Shown here: piece after piece, positions 1-8,706 of the stretch
Numbering within the stretch: the first letter of the stretch is position 1
Layout of the letters: each line of letters starts with the position of its first letter
Assembly: GCA_005222975.1 (NCBI GenBank)
Contig: NJBI01000001.1
Coordinates: forward strand, 1-64,000
From: Promethearchaeota archaeon Loki_b31
GTDB lineage: Archaea > Asgardarchaeota > Lokiarchaeia > Sigyniarchaeales > SOKP01
DNA length: 64,000 nucleotides
Direction: 5' to 3'
Translations under genes and position numbers: made by a program
The notes under the pieces: generated by a model
The model's input: the letters and a program-made list of their open reading frames with translations, nothing else
Database searches by the model: none
Told to the model about the DNA's origin: nothing

Positions 1-239
1 TAAGTGAGTGATTTTTATGATATTTTTTGTCTATTAAAAAGGAAGTGATATCCAGATATGTATCTTCATTTGAAGAACTTTTAATAAATTATACTTAATA
101 TACCGAATTAAGTGAATTATGTACTAGTTATAAAACTTATGAAATATAATCAGATTTTTCTCAAAATTGAGCGCTTTGTTGAGGGTAAGGAACGCAACTT
201 ACCTTAATCCTTAAAACTTGTAACATTATCTTGCAGAAT

Positions 240-770
240 TTACTTTTCCTTCCAAACCGTTCCGCAACCGCTACACGTATATTTCTTTCCGTAAATTTTA
301 GGATAATCGCAAATAATATCTGTCCGATCGATTGTTTCACGGATTTTGTACCAGTTTTCGTTGTCGCATATTGGACATAATCTGCGCCCCTCTGGTTTTG
401 GAATAACTAGCATTTCTCCTGTGCGACAGAAAAGCCCTTCACTTTTAATTGAGTTAATTAAGTTTTTTTTCTGGATAAAACTTTTTACAACGGGTTCAAT
501 CACATTTGTCTTTGAATCAGATTCACCAGAATTTTGAGATATTTCAATTATTGGTGCGCTATCTTCGATCATTTTAATATAACTTGAAACAATAGGGTTA
601 ATTTCACTCCTTTTTGGTAATCGTTCGTATTCGTCAAAAAAATTGTCGATAAAACTCTCTACATAAATCTTTTCGATATTCAATCCTTTTTGATTAACTT
701 CTCTAACAATGTCCTCAATAATATATTCTTTTAAGACCGGATCTTCTAAAAGCATGTAGTAAAGCCTCAA
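240..770 (-). CDS. Hypothetical protein with C-terminal C4 zinc-ribbon domain
   Basis: CPIC...CSGC plus a DYPKIYGKKY motif. The C-terminal 56 aa match the stand-alone ORF 49198..49386 at 32/56 positions. TTG start at 770 or ATG at 755. Confidence 0.75.
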   Translation of the reverse strand: MRLYYMLLEDPVLKEYIIEDIVREVNQKGLNIEKIYVESFIDNFFDEYERLPKRSEINPIVSSYIKMIEDSAPIIEISQNSGESDSKTNVIEPVVKSFIQKKNLINSIKSEGLFCRTGEMLVIPKPEGRRLCPICDNENWYKIRETIDRTDIICDYPKIYGKKYTCSGCGTVWKEK

Positions 771-850
771 CCTTATGAGTTTTTAAGATGTTTTATGTTT
801 TAATTAGTTTAATACAAATATTTTAAGATGCTATTCTATAAAATACTATC

Positions 851-868
851 TCTAGAATTATTTCTAGA
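851..868. promoter_or_regulatory. Inverted repeat TCTAGAA-N4-TTCTAGA in divergent intergenic region
   Basis: Perfect 7-bp arms between divergently transcribed genes; role as operator is inferred. Confidence 0.3.
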
Positions 869-993
869 TAAAAAAGATCAAAAAGCATACATAATAACTC
901 GATTCGATATTTTGAAACTCATATAAGCATAAGAAGAAAATATATATTAACATCTTTATTTATTTAGACAAGAGAAAGGAGATTTTTAAAAAG

Positions 994-1653
994 ATGGATA
1001 CGAATAATTTGAAGAACTCAAAAGAAAAAGAAAAAAAACCCATATCTCACAAAAAAATAATTATTGCTGTTGTAATGATATGTATTGCGTTCTTCGGCTC
1101 CTTTTTAGCCTATTTTGTTTTACAAGTTGCTCTTAATACTGAAGCTCCTATAGTTATCGTAGTTTCTGGTTCTATGGAGCCCAGTATTCGCGAAGGAGAC
1201 TTATTATTCGTAATGGGTACTAATCCTGAATATATAAAAATTGGTACAGCTGAAGATAAAAATGGAGATGTTATAGTATTTGACGCTCGCGGATTATGGG
1301 CTGGTGCTCCTGAAGAACCTATTGTTCATCGTGTCGTTGATAAGTATTTAGAAGGGGATACATGGTATTTCAGGACAAAAGGGGACGCTAACTCACTACC
1401 TGATCAAATACCTGTCCCAGAGTCTCGAATAATAGGGGTAGTAATAGGGGGGATACCATATATTGGATGGGTAAAGATTGTTTTAACAGAGTATGGGTTA
1501 TTAATTCCTTTACTAGTCATAATATCAGCGTTCCTCGTAATAAGCATAATTCGGGATATTTTTCAAGGTGACGATGAAGATCGAAAGAAAAATAATGATA
1601 AAAACCAAGAAGATTTTGAGAAGCAACCCCCTAAAACAAATAAAATTAATTAA
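994..1653 (+). CDS. sec11: Signal peptidase I, archaeal/ER type (S26B)
   Basis: N-terminal TM, VVSGSMEP (catalytic Ser), GDLLFV, IVHRV (catalytic His), TKGDAN, IPYIGW. Confidence 0.95.
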   Translation: MDTNNLKNSKEKEKKPISHKKIIIAVVMICIAFFGSFLAYFVLQVALNTEAPIVIVVSGSMEPSIREGDLLFVMGTNPEYIKIGTAEDKNGDVIVFDARGLWAGAPEEPIVHRVVDKYLEGDTWYFRTKGDANSLPDQIPVPESRIIGVVIGGIPYIGWVKIVLTEYGLLIPLLVIISAFLVISIIRDIFQGDDEDRKKNNDKNQEDFEKQPPKTNKIN

Positions 1654-1763
1654 ATTAAATCAAATCAAATATTATTTTTAATTTATGTATGTTAAACTTT
1701 TATATATCAATAATTAATAAATATTAATTACACAATTTGTTTTAATAAATTAGGTGATAATAA

Positions 1764-1988
1764 ATGGCTTGGACACCACCAACAAAATGGACTGTAATTT
1801 TCTCATTTCTCGTATTAGCAGGAGGATTGTTTGTATTAAGTGAATTATTATTAGAATATACCAATGTACTGCCTACTTTGGCTCTTGGAACATTCAGCTC
1901 CGCAGAAGTATGGGGTATGATTGGGATGGGACTAGTTTTTCTCGCATGGTTTCTAATGTTTCTTGGAGTGAGATTGAAAGGTTTATAA
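1764..1988 (+). CDS. Small 2-TM membrane protein
   Basis: 74 aa, ATG start, two hydrophobic helices, downstream T-tract. Confidence 0.75.
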   Translation: MAWTPPTKWTVIFSFLVLAGGLFVLSELLLEYTNVLPTLALGTFSSAEVWGMIGMGLVFLAWFLMFLGVRLKGL

Positions 1989-2243
1989 TTCTTCATGTTT
2001 TTTTTTATTTCTTTAAAAAAATTTTCCAAAAATTTCTTCAAAAATGTTTTAGAGAAGTAGATTGCTAAAACACCTTTAATTGCTTTGAGTATAGAATATT
2101 AAATCACATTATTAGTAAGATAATAAAATTTTTATGAAGAAAAATATTTTAAAAAATATAGTTTAAAAATCGTAATAAAAAAATTACGAGATAACAACGA
2201 TACAGTATACAAAAAATACAAAACAAAAAAGTGAAAAAATAAA

Positions 2244-2567
2244 ATGCCTGAAGAAAATACGGAAGTAAAGGAAGTAAAAAAACGAATGCCTCGAAAAGAG
2301 GAAAATAGTGTTTTTGTAGGGAGACGCCCAACTATGAATTATGTTATGGCCACTATGATGATCCTCAATAAAGGAGAAGATTGCACAGTTAAGGCCAGAG
2401 GTAGAGCTATTTCCCATGCGGTTGATGTATGTGAGATTTTAAGAAATAGATTCTTAAAAGGAACTGAATACAAAGGAATTACCCTCAGTACCGAGCAGCT
2501 CGAAGGAGAAAGTGGACAAACTAATAATGTTTCCAGCATTGAAATCGTGCTTGCTCCTCCGCAATAA
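2244..2567 (+). CDS. albA: DNA/RNA-binding protein Alba
   Basis: VFVGRRPTMNYV, VKARGRAISHAVDV, NVSSIEIVL motifs. Confidence 0.97.
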   Translation: MPEENTEVKEVKKRMPRKEENSVFVGRRPTMNYVMATMMILNKGEDCTVKARGRAISHAVDVCEILRNRFLKGTEYKGITLSTEQLEGESGQTNNVSSIEIVLAPPQ

Positions 2568-2618
2568 GTAAGGGAACTCAGTTTTACTAGAATACAATCA
2601 AAACAAATCTTTTTTTTC

Positions 2619-2681
2619 TTAATTTACCCCTCTTAGTTCAATCGTAATGTTTTGAATTGTTAATAGGATTTCATTTTTTTT
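2619..2681. repeat. 63-bp direct repeat, left copy (partner 12002..12064)
   Basis: ttaatttacccctcttagttcaatcgtaatgttttgaattgttaataggatttcatttttttt matches 12002..12064 at 61/63 positions. Confidence 0.92.
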
Positions 2682-2698
2682 ACTACTGTATAACCCTC

Positions 2699-2842
2699 TC
2701 AAATTAAAATCATTGAAAATTTGTCCCAGTTTCCTATTTCATGACTTTTAAAATGAACATCATAAGAACCCGTTGCTGTTTGAGTGAATGTCATAAGCCC
2801 CGTGGTCAATAAAATGTAACCAATACTTCCAAACGCTTCCAT
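2699..2842 (-). pseudogene. Short 47-aa ORF / possible gene remnant at left island edge
   Basis: ATG 2842 to TGA 2699 (MEAFGSIGYILLTTGLMTFTQ...). A shifted frame continues through the repeat as ...NEILLTIQNITIELRGVN*. Confidence 0.25.
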
Positions 2843-2862
2843 TAAAGCTTCTCTAGTTAATT

Positions 2863-3603
2863 CTACCCTTTGTATTTTTTTTTTCTTAATGAGAGACTTC
2901 TTTTCATTCTTTTTTTAAAATTTGGAAGAAAGCAAATTCCTATGCCGATTAAAAATATTAGTGTTATACCAGGCCCCAGACCTGCATCTGTTACCCTAGC
3001 ACCAGGATCTAACAAAAGGAAGAGAAAAATTCCAAAAAAAAGCAATACAACTGGTAGATATATTAATAATACTATTATAAATGCGATATTGACAATTTTA
3101 TTTTGAAATTCTTCAGCATCTTGTTCATAAGAGGCTAAAGACTCTGATTTTTGCAGAATTTTTTCAACATTCTGTTCAGGGGGAAATACAATTTCCTCAG
3201 TAGAGGTTGGCACTTCCGTTTTAAAAACAACATTTAATTTTGGCACTTCAGAATTAAGAGTAATTTTGTGCTTACCACTTGTGATGTTAAATTTATTCGG
3301 AACGATAATGACTAAGTTTTCCGCTGTCCGTAAATTAATATTGAGAATTTTTTCTAAATCTTGATTTTGAATTAATGAACCATCTAGTTTAACATGGAAA
3401 TCCTCCGAATATAAGTTTGTATCAAAGATTAAATCTCTATTTATTTTAATTTTACATCCGTAAATAAAGTCTCTTAACTTATATAAAAATAGCATTTTTC
3501 CAAATCGTTTACTACTCGAATTGAAATGAAATGATAGTTCAATAAATGCACCCTTAATTGTTATTGAGAAAAGATTTTTTATTAAACTACTAGGAATCCT
3601 CAA
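2863..3603 (-). CDS. Hypothetical protein, N-terminal beta-rich domain plus two C-terminal TM helices
   Basis: 246-aa ORF, TTG start, hydrophobic hairpin followed by a basic tail. Confidence 0.7.
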   Translation of the reverse strand: MRIPSSLIKNLFSITIKGAFIELSFHFNSSSKRFGKMLFLYKLRDFIYGCKIKINRDLIFDTNLYSEDFHVKLDGSLIQNQDLEKILNINLRTAENLVIIVPNKFNITSGKHKITLNSEVPKLNVVFKTEVPTSTEEIVFPPEQNVEKILQKSESLASYEQDAEEFQNKIVNIAFIIVLLIYLPVVLLFFGIFLFLLLDPGARVTDAGLGPGITLIFLIGIGICFLPNFKKRMKRSLSLRKKKYKG

Positions 3604-3774
3604 AAAAACACCTCTAGCTTTTATTATTAATTTATTTAAGTTAAATATTAATTATATAATTGAGTATAAAATTTATAAAATATATTAGACTGAATTTTTA
3701 CAATAGTATTTGAGTCTAAAATCGATATTGTGTTTGGTAAAAGGAATAAGACTATATCAATATTTTTTTAGGAT

Positions 3775-5061
3775 TTATTTACTCTCTTCTTCTGATGTCG
3801 TATCCGGCTTATCTTTCAATTCGTCATAAAGATTAAAAAAAGTCGGTAGCACCCCATATGGAGAATTCATTAATTCTTCTTTAATCATTTGGAACTTACT
3901 TTCATCCCCAATTATGTCCCTTAATTCTTTTTCTAAAGCGAAAGGAAGCTCCTTATATTTAGTCATAAGTAAAAAAGGCTCTTTCCTACTTTTAATAAGT
4001 TTACTGGGGAAATTAGAGAAGTACTTTTCAATTAAACTATAAGCAGTTGCATATTCTTTTTTATCTCTAATTGATTTTTTGAGATTTCTCTGAAATGTAA
4101 CCTCAAAATCCTTTGTAAACCCAGTTAAAGCATTCCTAAGTAATCTCGATGATTTAGAGGCAACCAAACCAACCGTGATATATTCAGATTCATTTAAAAT
4201 TAATATTCCTTCAGTTAAATCAATATTCACTAATCCACCAATTTTCATAACTTCTTCACTCATAATTTGTACAGCATTAATAAATCCTGTAAAAATTGGC
4301 TCATCTATGCCTGATTCAGACCAGTCGTGATCAAATAAAGGATATCCCTCATTATCTTTTACAACAATTCTATAAACAGTAAATGGTAAAATGTAAAGAA
4401 GTTTTGGTTCCATAAATATAGCTATACACATAATAAACACTCCTAAACTTAATGTAATGTCTGAATATAGAATAAAACTAGGATCCCAATAATAAAATAT
4501 GAAAACACCTGCTGTTATTGGTGTTGCTATTATGATACCAATAAAAAATATAAGAGCTTCCTTTCTAATCAAAAAGGGGGCGTTTAACCAAGTTTTTAAA
4601 CCCCAATAAAAAACAGGTATAAGAAGAAGGAATACTAAAAAATCCTCTAAAACTTCAAACATGCCTACTGGATTAACAGTTAAATATCCCCATTCAAATT
4701 CAAATCCAACAGCATCTGGTTGAAACGCTAAATAACAAAGTAAAACCCCCGCTCCAAATGTTAATATTAAAATAATTGAATTAATAGTTTCTTTAATCAT
4801 AAAATTAATCCCAATTATAAAGAACATTGAAGTAGGGAATAACATAATAGGATATAATCGAGCAAGAGTCGTGCTTAGGAAAAGGTTTGCTAGTAGATCG
4901 AAAACAAAATATAACACCATAAAAATCAAAGCCATTCTAATAAAAAATAGCGATCTTATTTTCTTTGTTCTGGGTTCGAAGTATGTTAGTAAGACAGCTA
5001 CAAAGATTGTTATGCTGGTAAAAATTTCGACTATTACTTCAGGTGTCCAATTTAAAACCAT
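3775..5061 (-). CDS. 7TM (HisKA_7TM-like) membrane sensor fused to cytoplasmic longin-like domain
   Basis: About seven hydrophobic helices in aa 1-225, then a longin-like pattern VYRIVVKDNEGYPLFDHDW...IFTGFINAVQIMSEEV...ITVGLVASK. Confidence 0.75.
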   Translation of the reverse strand: MVLNWTPEVIVEIFTSITIFVAVLLTYFEPRTKKIRSLFFIRMALIFMVLYFVFDLLANLFLSTTLARLYPIMLFPTSMFFIIGINFMIKETINSIILILTFGAGVLLCYLAFQPDAVGFEFEWGYLTVNPVGMFEVLEDFLVFLLLIPVFYWGLKTWLNAPFLIRKEALIFFIGIIIATPITAGVFIFYYWDPSFILYSDITLSLGVFIMCIAIFMEPKLLYILPFTVYRIVVKDNEGYPLFDHDWSESGIDEPIFTGFINAVQIMSEEVMKIGGLVNIDLTEGILILNESEYITVGLVASKSSRLLRNALTGFTKDFEVTFQRNLKKSIRDKKEYATAYSLIEKYFSNFPSKLIKSRKEPFLLMTKYKELPFALEKELRDIIGDESKFQMIKEELMNSPYGVLPTFFNLYDELKDKPDTTSEEESK

Positions 5062-5099
5062 TATTCTATACCTTTTTTATTAATATTTATTTATCTAAT

Positions 5100-5828
5100 T
5101 TAACTATTTTTGAAATATTCTAATTCACGAATATTAGAAATCTCGCTTAAAACCTCTATTACAATATCTCTCTTTTTCGGATTGAGTTTTACCTTATTAT
5201 CAGCTAATAACTCTAAAATCTGGAATTCTATTAAATTTTGAATCCGATAGTAGATAGTGCCTCTGTTTTCTCCTAACGATTTATAAATTTGAGAGCGTTC
5301 TTGAGAATCAGTTGATATTAAGTGGTTAAGAATTTTCCTATATAATTCGTCTTGTATAAGGAAATAAATTTTACCGCTTTCATCATCTATTTCAATTGGA
5401 AGAAAAATTGTGTAATTTTTTAAAGTTAGCTTTTTAATATAATTGAATTTAATGAGCATATCTAAATGCCATATCAATTCGCCTGGGCTACCTGTTATAT
5501 CACTAGAAATTCCAACTCTTTTAATAAGAGAAAAGTGGGAACCGATATTGCTTTGGATAAAATTATAGATTATTTTCCGCGTAGAATTAGACAAAACGGT
5601 TCTTCTTGTAAATCTTGACCGGTTCACTAAGATTTTATCATTGATTAAAAATTGAATGATAGCATTTAAACCCTTTCGGGGTATCTTTAAACGTTTTTTA
5701 GCACGATAATATAAGGAATCAATATTTAAAATCTTATTTTCATCTAATATTTCCTCAGCAATTTCTATCACTTGCTTTACACTTGGATGCTCTAATCCGA
5801 TAGAAATTAGGTTGACATATTGGTTCAT
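5100..5828 (-). CDS. Multi-winged-helix transcriptional regulator
   Basis: NSTRKIIYNFIQSNIGSHFSLIKR...GELIWHLDML and SQIYKSLGENRGTIYYRIQNL HTH patterns; 38 bp from the 7TM-longin gene on the same strand. Confidence 0.85.
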   Translation of the reverse strand: MNQYVNLISIGLEHPSVKQVIEIAEEILDENKILNIDSLYYRAKKRLKIPRKGLNAIIQFLINDKILVNRSRFTRRTVLSNSTRKIIYNFIQSNIGSHFSLIKRVGISSDITGSPGELIWHLDMLIKFNYIKKLTLKNYTIFLPIEIDDESGKIYFLIQDELYRKILNHLISTDSQERSQIYKSLGENRGTIYYRIQNLIEFQILELLADNKVKLNPKKRDIVIEVLSEISNIRELEYFKNS

Positions 5829-6058
5829 TTCTTTCTAAAACTATACAGTATAATTTAATAGATGTTTTTTCACGAATAGTTGATTGTCCCAAATTATAAT
5901 TCCAATGTATAAAAGGAGATATTATTATATTTAAACTTTAACAATTCTATAAAAATCCGAGGTATTTACATTTAATAACCCTAGATTTCATTTCTTTAAA
6001 TGCTCCATGCCCAATTTTATCTGGTTCTAACCACATCACATATTAGAATCGCTTATAC

Positions 6059-6162
6059 GATTGCAAAAATTCGGTCTAAATCATTTTTTAAGATAGTAAA
6101 CAGTTTTGTTTTACAAATCAAATATTTTTATGATTTGTTAAAAATTTGAATTAAAAGTGAAA
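6059..6162 (+). promoter_or_regulatory. Conserved ~100-bp promoter/operator module, copy A
   Basis: gattgcaaaaattcggtctaaatc...agttttgttttacaaatc...aaaattt...agtgaaa; homologous to 6807..6909 and 8602..8706. Confidence 0.75.
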
Positions 6163-6248
6163 TAAAAAATCAAAATTAAACTCTTGGGTACAGTTCTTTA
6201 AATTTCACTTTTCTATTAAAGAATCTAAAAAAATGTTGGTGAATAATA

Positions 6249-6635
6249 GTGGGACGAATAAAAGGGATTTTAGCCATATCGATTGGGATTTATATTTTAA
6301 TTACGTTCCTCGGTATAATATTTCAAGTTTTAAGTATTCGACCAGATATAGCAATTGCTTTCATAGTTAATTTTATAGTTTTTTGGATTTTTACATTTCT
6401 GATCCCTGGAATACTTTCAATAGCAAGATATAAAATGAGCGATAAGTCGAAGTGGTGGTATATGATTGCCCCGGTAGCTTCACTTTTAATGTTAGTCTAT
6501 ATGGTATTGATAATAAGTTTTTACGGAGATAATTTTTGGAATTATTTCGCTCAATATTTTATTTATGCCATAGGAGCATCAATACTCCTAAGTCTTATAA
6601 TCATTTGCTATGCCCATCAGGAGGGTGGTTTCTGA
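6249..6635 (+). CDS. Hypothetical 4-TM membrane protein
   Basis: 128 aa, GTG start, four hydrophobic segments. Confidence 0.7.
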   Translation: MGRIKGILAISIGIYILITFLGIIFQVLSIRPDIAIAFIVNFIVFWIFTFLIPGILSIARYKMSDKSKWWYMIAPVASLLMLVYMVLIISFYGDNFWNYFAQYFIYAIGASILLSLIIICYAHQEGGF

Positions 6636-6806
6636 ATTATTACCAAAAAAAACTCCGAACTGCTTAAAAAATTAATTTTATCTGAATCAGATTAATATAC
6701 AAATTTTTTTTTTTAATTTTCTTATTTTAAAATTAATCCAAATTGAATAATTACTCACTGCTTAGTGCAGGTTAAATGATATCATTTAACCCTAATTCAT
6801 TTATAA

Positions 6807-6909
6807 GATTGTAAAAAATCAGTCTAAATCTTTTTTTAAGTCAGTAAATAGTTTTGTTTTACAAATCTTATCTTTTTGTGATTTAATAAAAATTTTAATT
6901 TAGTGAAAA
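6807..6909 (+). promoter_or_regulatory. Conserved ~100-bp promoter/operator module, copy B
   Basis: gattgtaaaaaatcagtctaaatc...agttttgttttacaaatc...agtgaaa directly before ATG 6910; imperfect inverted repeat 6803..6816 / 6857..6871. Confidence 0.75.
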
Positions 6910-8499
6910 ATGATGAGAAAAAAAAAATTAAAAGTTTTAGTATTGATATTATTTTTGCTTTTACCAATAGAAATTATTACAAGTTCTTATACTAATAAGT
7001 TTCCTTTTTTATTAGTACAATCAGACGAAGAAATAGCAAAAACTGAAATAAAAATGTCACTGAATTCTTTTGGAATTGATTGGTTACCGGACGGGACGCC
7101 TATAAGTACGGCAAACAATAGCCAAAGGAATCCTCAAATTTGTAGCGATGGAGCTGGGGGTGCGATCATCACGTGGCAGGACTATAGAAGCGGATCGAAT
7201 TACGATATTTACGCGCAGAGAATTGATTCCTCCGGAAACTTACAGTGGACCGCTGATGGTGTAGTTATATGTACAGCAAGTGATAGCCAATATAGACCTG
7301 AAATATGTAGCGACGGAGCTGGGGGTGCGATCATCACATGGTACGACTATAGAAGCGGATTATACTCAGACATTTACGCGCAGAGAGTTAATCACTTAGG
7401 TAATATACAATGGACTATAAATGGCACAGCTATCTGCACAGCAGGCGAATCCCAATTAGAGTCTCAATTATGCAGTAATGGGGCAGGTGGTGCAATCATT
7501 ACTTGGATTGACTATAGAAGTGGATCTAATTACGATATTTATGTTCAAGAAGTTAGTTCTTCCGGAGGTATCGAGTGGAATATCAATGGTACAGCTATAT
7601 GCACAGTAAATAATGACCAAATTAATCCTCAGATATTTAGCGATGGATCGGGAGGTGCGATCATTACCTGGAAGGGTGCGGGTATTTACGCACAGAGAAT
7701 TGATTCCTCCGGAAATTTAAAGTGGACTGTAAATGGCACAGCTATCTGCACAGCAAATGGTGACAAAAGAATTCCTCAATTATGCAGTAATGGGGCAGGT
7801 GGTGCAATCATTACTTGGTTTGACTATAGAAGTGGATCTAATTACGATATTTATGTTCAAGAAGTTAGTTCTTCCGGAGGTATCGAGTGGAATATCAATG
7901 GTACAGCCATATGTACAGCAAATGGTGACCAATATGCTCCTCAATTATGTAGCGATGGATCGGGAGGTGCAATAATTACATGGTACGATGGTAGAAGTGG
8001 ATCCACTGGTCGTAATATTTACTCTCAGTCTATAAATTCCTCTGGAAATATACAGTGGACTAACAATGGCGTAGCTATATGTACTGCCAATAATGACCAA
8101 TGGGTCCCTCAATTGTGTAGCGATGGATCGGGGGGTGCGATAATTTCATGGTACGATAATAGAAATATCGATATAACAGGTCGAGATATTTATGTTCAGC
8201 TTATTAATTCCGCAGGAAATGTCTTGTGGATATCCAACGGTTTAGCTATATGCACAGTAAATAATGACCAAATTAATCCTCAGATATGCAGCGATGGAGC
8301 AGGAGGTGCGATAATTACATGGAACGATGGTAGAAGTGAAAACGACGATATTTATGCGCAACATATAAAATCGCCAGAATTAGAAGGTGGGGAGATTCCC
8401 TTTGTGATCATTGTTGCTATCGTTTCCTTCATTGGAATTGCAGTACTTATTGGCATAGCAACAACTTTAATAATTAAGAAACGCCGTAAAATTGAATAA
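6910..8499 (+). CDS. Cell-surface protein with ~59-aa beta-propeller-type repeats and C-terminal TM anchor
   Basis: Signal-peptide-like N-terminus; 7-8 repeats W..NGxAICTA..xQ..PQ(I/L)CSDGxGGAIITWxDxR...DIYxQ; anchor ends TLIIKKRRKIE. Confidence 0.88.
   Translation: MMRKKKLKVLVLILFLLLPIEIITSSYTNKFPFLLVQSDEEIAKTEIKMSLNSFGIDWLPDGTPISTANNSQRNPQICSDGAGGAIITWQDYRSGSNYDIYAQRIDSSGNLQWTADGVVICTASDSQYRPEICSDGAGGAIITWYDYRSGLYSDIYAQRVNHLGNIQWTINGTAICTAGESQLESQLCSNGAGGAIITWIDYRSGSNYDIYVQEVSSSGGIEWNINGTAICTVNNDQINPQIFSDGSGGAIITWKGAGIYAQRIDSSGNLKWTVNGTAICTANGDKRIPQLCSNGAGGAIITWFDYRSGSNYDIYVQEVSSSGGIEWNINGTAICTANGDQYAPQLCSDGSGGAIITWYDGRSGSTGRNIYSQSINSSGNIQWTNNGVAICTANNDQWVPQLCSDGSGGAIISWYDNRNIDITGRDIYVQLINSAGNVLWISNGLAICTVNNDQINPQICSDGAGGAIITWNDGRSENDDIYAQHIKSPELEGGEIPFVIIVAIVSFIGIAVLIGIATTLIIKKRRKIE
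7463..7907 (+). repeat. Near-identical intragenic duplication (7463..7595 vs 7775..7907)
   Basis: 133 bp with one mismatch (Ile/Phe codon). Another 44-bp exact match occurs at about 7593..7636 vs 8244..8287. Confidence 0.85.
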
Positions 8500-8601
8500 A
8501 AACTAAATTCATCTTTTCTTTTTTCTTAATTTCTAATTATCGAAGCATCAAAAGTTAACAAACCTATTCATTAAATCGATATAAAAATGATAATTTAATG
8601 T

Positions 8602-8706
8602 GATTGTAAAAATTCAGTCTAAATTATTTTATAAGTCAACAAGCAGTTATATTCTGCAAATCTTAATTTTTAATTTAATAAAAATTTTAAAAAAAAGTGA
8701 AATTCA
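8602..8706 (+). promoter_or_regulatory. Conserved ~100-bp promoter/operator module, copy C
   Basis: gattgtaaaaattcagtctaaatt...agttatattctgcaaatc...atttaataaaaattttaa...agtgaaa directly before ATG 8707. Confidence 0.72.

Noticed and set aside
182-205. Hairpin agggtaag-N8-cttacctt as ncRNA or SECIS
   Set aside because: Only an 8-bp stem, no SECIS core, and no in-frame UGA in the neighbouring gene.
1742-2539. Minus-strand ORFs 1742..2041, 2149..2331, 2184..2417, 2339..2539
   Set aside because: Antisense to the small membrane gene and alba; no motifs. The same applies to the other short overlapping ORFs in the track (e.g. 45254..45649, 56949..57317, 53605..53913).
6910-8499. Diversity-generating retroelement target/template pair
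   Set aside because: Repeats are in-frame coding blades, differences are not systematically adenine-specific, and no reverse transcriptase is in the window.
6059-8706. Integron attC sites
   Set aside because: The modules are imperfect palindromes between genes, but they lack RYYYAAC/GTTRRRY ends, sit at promoter position with a TATA-like box, and no IntI is present.
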